DNA of 64,000 bases, from positions 620,001 through 684,000 of the forward strand of contig OZ025780.1 in the NCBI GenBank assembly GCA_964019425.1. The letters are read 5' to 3'. The notes beneath the pieces were generated by a model. That model made no database searches, was not told the origin of the DNA, and saw only the letters and a list, made by a program, of their open reading frames with translations. This DNA comes from Flectonema sp. DT1601. Its lineage: Eukaryota. Numbering within the stretch: position 1 is the first letter of the stretch; every line of letters starts with the position of its first letter. Both the position numbers and the translations under genes were made by a program. Below, one piece after another: positions 59,720-64,000 of the stretch.

Positions 59720-61307
59720 ATGCTATCATCAGGAACAGAATGGGGTCAAGGAAAAGTCTCAGGCGAGCTAACAATCCATGTGATTGAGGGAAGATACTTA
59801 AATCAAGCATTCAGGGAATTCGGAGACGATAAAAATGATAAAATGGTATTGAGAATCACGAGAAAGGACGATAAAAGTTGTGTTACTGGAGAACGCGATG
59901 TCTCCTCTCTGAGAGCTGTGACTCCTTTTGATGCGAGGTTAACGTTTAGTTCACCTCCGTTATTTGATGTAAAAAGAGGAAGAATGGAATTTGAAATCAT
60001 AAACAAACGAACCAACATGGCCGTGGCAAGAGCTCATGTTTCCCTGACTCATTTGATACACGTCTCTCCAGGACAGGCCTATACAGTTGATTTACTATTA
60101 GTGCCTAGGGATGCGAAACCTCCTAAGAGATCGAGTTCTTGCCCACCAGGTCTTAAAATCGTATTGTACCCAGACTTCCCATCATCATCACCTGAACGTT
60201 CAGAGAGTGCCTCTCAACGATTAAGTTCAATTTCACCGAAGAAACGACGTCCTCCAAGAGCCATTCGTTGTACTGTTATACAAGCAAGAGGATTACCTGA
60301 TAAGTTTATATCAAAAGTAGAACTAGCATATCGAGGTCAGCATACAGGAACTAAATTATGTTCGGGCAATAATCCAAAATGGAATGAGAAGTTTACCTTT
60401 GATACATTAGCGAAATCTGCAATCTATGAAGACAACACTCTTAAGGGATCGTATATTCACTGTAGGGTAGTTGGTATGTTATGTGTTTTATTATATAGAT
60501 GTGTGTGTTGTACAACTAACCCAACCCAACCAAACAGGAACTGACGACAGCCGACAATCAACAGCTGAGATTGTCGGGTCAGTTGATATTGAAGTTGGTT
60601 ACATTGAACAAACCAACAGACCAAATATTGAAATGTGGTTAGCACTCGACTCAGCAATGAAATCGAGAGTACTCTCTGGAGATGGAGGTGGTGCTCCAGT
60701 TCAAACAGCAGTAGCAGAGAATAGCGTTGGTTGGATAAAGATCCTTATTGAGATTGAGAGAGGTGTTTCATTCATAGCTGATGATGATGATGAAAGGTCT
60801 GTAAGGCGAAGTTCTCCTGGTCGAGAAAGAAGAAGGATTCCTCCACCGCCTCTGTTGGATAGACAGATTACTTCTACTGCCATACCACCACCTGCGAGGG
60901 TTATTAGAAATGATCCTTACAGCTCTGGAGTTAGTGATGTTTGGGTTCCTAAAGAGAAGATTCTACCTCCTCCTCCTCCTGTCGTCAATCCACCTGCTGT
61001 GATAGTGTCAGCGTCTCCTCGTCGTTCTGATGTTTCTGTGATGTCTTCGGTTGTGACTCCTCTTCAAGCAAGAAAAGTGTCACCACCTAGACTGCCTCCA
61101 ACTTGGGGGGTTTCACAGCCGGGTAAGGTAATCAGAGATTGGTTATCTGGTCTCGGTCTTGATTTGATCACTCATGAAGAAACAGTTCAACGTCTTCACT
61201 GCTACGGTGTTAAAGACTTAGCCTCAATCTTATCTCTAACTGAACACGATATGGCAGCCATGCAACTACCAATCGGAGTCCGCAGGAAGATTCTCAACGC
61301 CGTATGA
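59720..61307 (+). CDS. C2-domain and C-terminal SAM-domain protein; intron 60474-60537
   Basis: TIHVIEGR, TVIQARGL, NPKWNEKFTF; SAM LTEHDMAAMQLPIGVRRKIL; a phase-1 intron joins the two ORFs. Confidence 0.85.
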
Positions 61308-61578
61308 AAACTTGATATGCAACTCAACGAATACTGAGCTTGCTCTTCATTCTTTATTTAAAAAAAAAACAAAAACAAAAAAAAAAAACATGACCGTTTT
61401 TTTTTTTTTTTTTGTCGTAGAATTTAATAGCCTCAAGTTGCCCCATCCCCCTCTTTGACCTTGCTGTATTCATAGATCTTTTTTTTGTGGAAAAAAAAAA
61501 AAAAAAAAACATAGTTGGTTTTGTGTTAACATATTTCATTTCTAATTCAGCTGAGTAATAAAACACCCTTTAAAAAAA

Positions 61579-62448
61579 ATGCAGCACAGCGCTATCTCTT
61601 TTGAGAATGATCCAATGCAGACCTTTGTGGAGTCGATGATGACTTTCGCATTAGTAGCAGAGCAGCATGGAAGAGATTTAATTCAGCCTCATTGTAGAGG
61701 TGAGTGGATTCCAATATGGAATAAATGTTCAAGAATGATGCAGAGATTAGAGCAAGCATGTGTCGAAATGGATCAGCAGGCACCTGTAGCTATGCCAACT
61801 AAAGCAACCAGAAGACAGCTGGTCAAGAGACCAAGCATTATGTCTGTACAGGATAATGGACTGGATTTTAGTAATGTGGCTGAAGAAGATTCTGAGGAAG
61901 AGTTGAATTTTTATTTTGAAGATGATGACTGCAGTCAATTATCAATCGAACACCAGGTCGATGCTGCTCCGATTGTTGGAATGCCATCAGTGAACTCTTT
62001 CCAAATGGATGACTCCGTCGATATAAACTCACACCAACACCATCAAGAAGATCACTACCATCATCACCGTCACATCATAACAGGTGACGGCAGTGATGAC
62101 GGAATGTATTCTCAACAGGTTGCACAGCTTTGCGCTCCATCACCTCGTTTAAAAGTTCATCAAGCTGGTATGCGTAATTCGAATGTTCGAAAAGTAAAAT
62201 CTGAGCCTTCAAAAGCAAAAATTAACAATTGGCTTCAACGAGTTCAACCTAATAGTGAGTACAGGCAGCCTTCTATTGTTGGTTCCGCGTGTACGGAAGA
62301 CTTTCCAACTCCTGGTTGGTTCACAGTAAATGATGCCGGAGTTGTTGTACCAGAACCAACTCCGAAGACTAATGCGAGAAAGTTAAAACGAGTTCATAAA
62401 AACATAGTCAGTAGGATAAAACAAAATGACTACAGTGATGATGAATAG
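61579..62448 (+). CDS. Hypothetical protein
   Basis: 289-aa ORF with coding composition. Confidence 0.75.
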   Translation: MQHSAISFENDPMQTFVESMMTFALVAEQHGRDLIQPHCRGEWIPIWNKCSRMMQRLEQACVEMDQQAPVAMPTKATRRQLVKRPSIMSVQDNGLDFSNVAEEDSEEELNFYFEDDDCSQLSIEHQVDAAPIVGMPSVNSFQMDDSVDINSHQHHQEDHYHHHRHIITGDGSDDGMYSQQVAQLCAPSPRLKVHQAGMRNSNVRKVKSEPSKAKINNWLQRVQPNSEYRQPSIVGSACTEDFPTPGWFTVNDAGVVVPEPTPKTNARKLKRVHKNIVSRIKQNDYSDDE

Positions 62449-62801
62449 TTGTTATCTATTATTCCCGTTCTGAGTTTGGTATTACTGTCTGCGATCAATA
62501 GAACACAAGACTGTAGATTCGCATATTCAATTCTCTTTTTTTTTTTTTTTTTTGTTTCCTACATTGTTAAAATCCCTAATTTAGATTAGAAAAAAAAAAC
62601 ACAAAACCACCCAATCCAATTGTATGTCTCCCCCAGCTTGTAAGTTATTTTTTTATTATTTAGATACTGCTATCTTTTTGTCTCTTTTTTTTGAAATTTT
62701 TAATAATGTTTTGTTGTTTGTATAATAGAATAATTTTATTTTATTTTTTTTCAGGGGAACCCCCGATCCCTTCACTGGTGGGTTCCAGGGATATAACAAC
62801 A

Positions 62802-63752
62802 ATGGACGTTTTCGATGAAATGGCAGATTTTTTTAAAACTCTGGAAGGACCATCACCAGAAGTCGGTTTGAAAAAAGATGTTGGAATTTCAAATTCAAAA
62901 AATGAAATTCCGATGATAAACAATTTTAGTAATCAAACACAGAAAGTAGATCCTATACCTGTCAGCCCAATTAAACCGACTGACTATGAACTTATGATTA
63001 AAAAACAACTCCTTCTTGAGCGTCTTCAGCGAGAACAGGGACTACCAAGAAACCTTAGCACCTTACACGAAATTAATTCAAATTCAGAACCAATCGTATC
63101 TGAGATTACTGAGGAGGCTCCAACAGATGTACAAGTGCTTCCTATTCAGGAACAACAATGCATATCAAATTGTGTTCACGATGCATCTGTTGTGATACAA
63201 TCAACTGAACCACAACCTAGTAGTCAGAGTCTTAAGAAAGAGGAGGGGATACCACAGGTGGAGGATAGCAATCAAGATGATTCTCAATTATTAAAAATAA
63301 AAGCTCTGGAGGAGCAACTCAGCAATAAAATTGCGGAACATAACACGACAGCAACTCAACTTTCACATCAGCAATTTGTTAGCAGCGTGAGTACTGCTTT
63401 GAATGATTTGAGTAGTGAGTTGCAATTTGGATTTTCAACAACCGAAACGATTATTTTAGATATCGTATCAGTTCTTCAAGGTTCACCTCGGGTATGCAAT
63501 TCGTCTAAAGACATGTCGGCATCAAAGAACACTCCAGGACCTGTTGGTGGTAAGAAAGTAGCTTTTAATCTCGATCGCAACCAGTATCGTTCATACTACC
63601 ACACTGTAATGGCAGAACAGAGAGGAGAGGCACTCTCTCAAGACGATGAAGACAGAATGATGGCCGAACAGCTACAGCGCGTATTCAATGACGAATTAAA
63701 CGGAAAGTCTGAGGGTTACGGAGCCAGACATGGAAGGAGAAGAAAAAAATAG
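62802..63752 (+). CDS. Hypothetical protein
   Basis: Long ORF; ATG at 62802 after a T-rich tract and CAG. Confidence 0.75.
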   Translation: MDVFDEMADFFKTLEGPSPEVGLKKDVGISNSKNEIPMINNFSNQTQKVDPIPVSPIKPTDYELMIKKQLLLERLQREQGLPRNLSTLHEINSNSEPIVSEITEEAPTDVQVLPIQEQQCISNCVHDASVVIQSTEPQPSSQSLKKEEGIPQVEDSNQDDSQLLKIKALEEQLSNKIAEHNTTATQLSHQQFVSSVSTALNDLSSELQFGFSTTETIILDIVSVLQGSPRVCNSSKDMSASKNTPGPVGGKKVAFNLDRNQYRSYYHTVMAEQRGEALSQDDEDRMMAEQLQRVFNDELNGKSEGYGARHGRRRKK

Positions 63753-64000
63753 AAAACTCTCTTTTAAAAAAAAACTATTCAGATTAAGAGCCATTATTTT
63801 ATTATGTCAAATGTTATCTATTTTCCTGTAGGGACAGTATTACAGTCTGTGATCAGCTAGATATGAGGCTGTATCTGAATGATTTTTTTTTTTTTTTTTT
63901 TTTACTCTTTGGTTCGGTTCTTTCTTCCGCCATATTATTATTTTTTTTATTTTAATAAATTGTTTCTGCTAGCCGCTTCAAGTCATTTTTGTCTGGTACT

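Noticed and set aside
1..64000. Non-standard nuclear genetic code
   Set aside because: TAA, TAG and TGA all terminate well-supported genes, and long ORFs have no internal stops.

Overview
AT-rich eukaryotic nuclear DNA, almost certainly euglenozoan and most likely a diplonemid (inference). The evidence is a BILBO1-like gene, kinetoplastid/diplonemid-type receptor cyclases, about 27 protein genes all on the + strand, short pyrimidine-tract/AG acceptors just before many start codons (trans-splicing style) and 15 GT-AG introns reconstructed by reading-frame continuity. The only minus-strand items are an intact tRNA with anticodon CCA, a decayed 28S rRNA fragment, repeat copies and decayed coding-like remnants. 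Intergenic DNA holds at least six short interspersed repeat families, a 758-bp TIR element and a perfect 10x19-bp array. Two patterns stand out. (1) The cis-introns mostly have G/T-rich 5' halves, A/C-rich 3' halves and no polypyrimidine tract, the opposite of the putative trans-splice acceptors. (2) Several unrelated short repeats end in ...TTA(A)|CCC and sit between variable-length direct repeats that begin with a C-run, suggesting a shared retrotransposition route primed by G-rich DNA. No CRISPR or prokaryotic system is present. Family assignments are from motif recognition by eye, not database searches.
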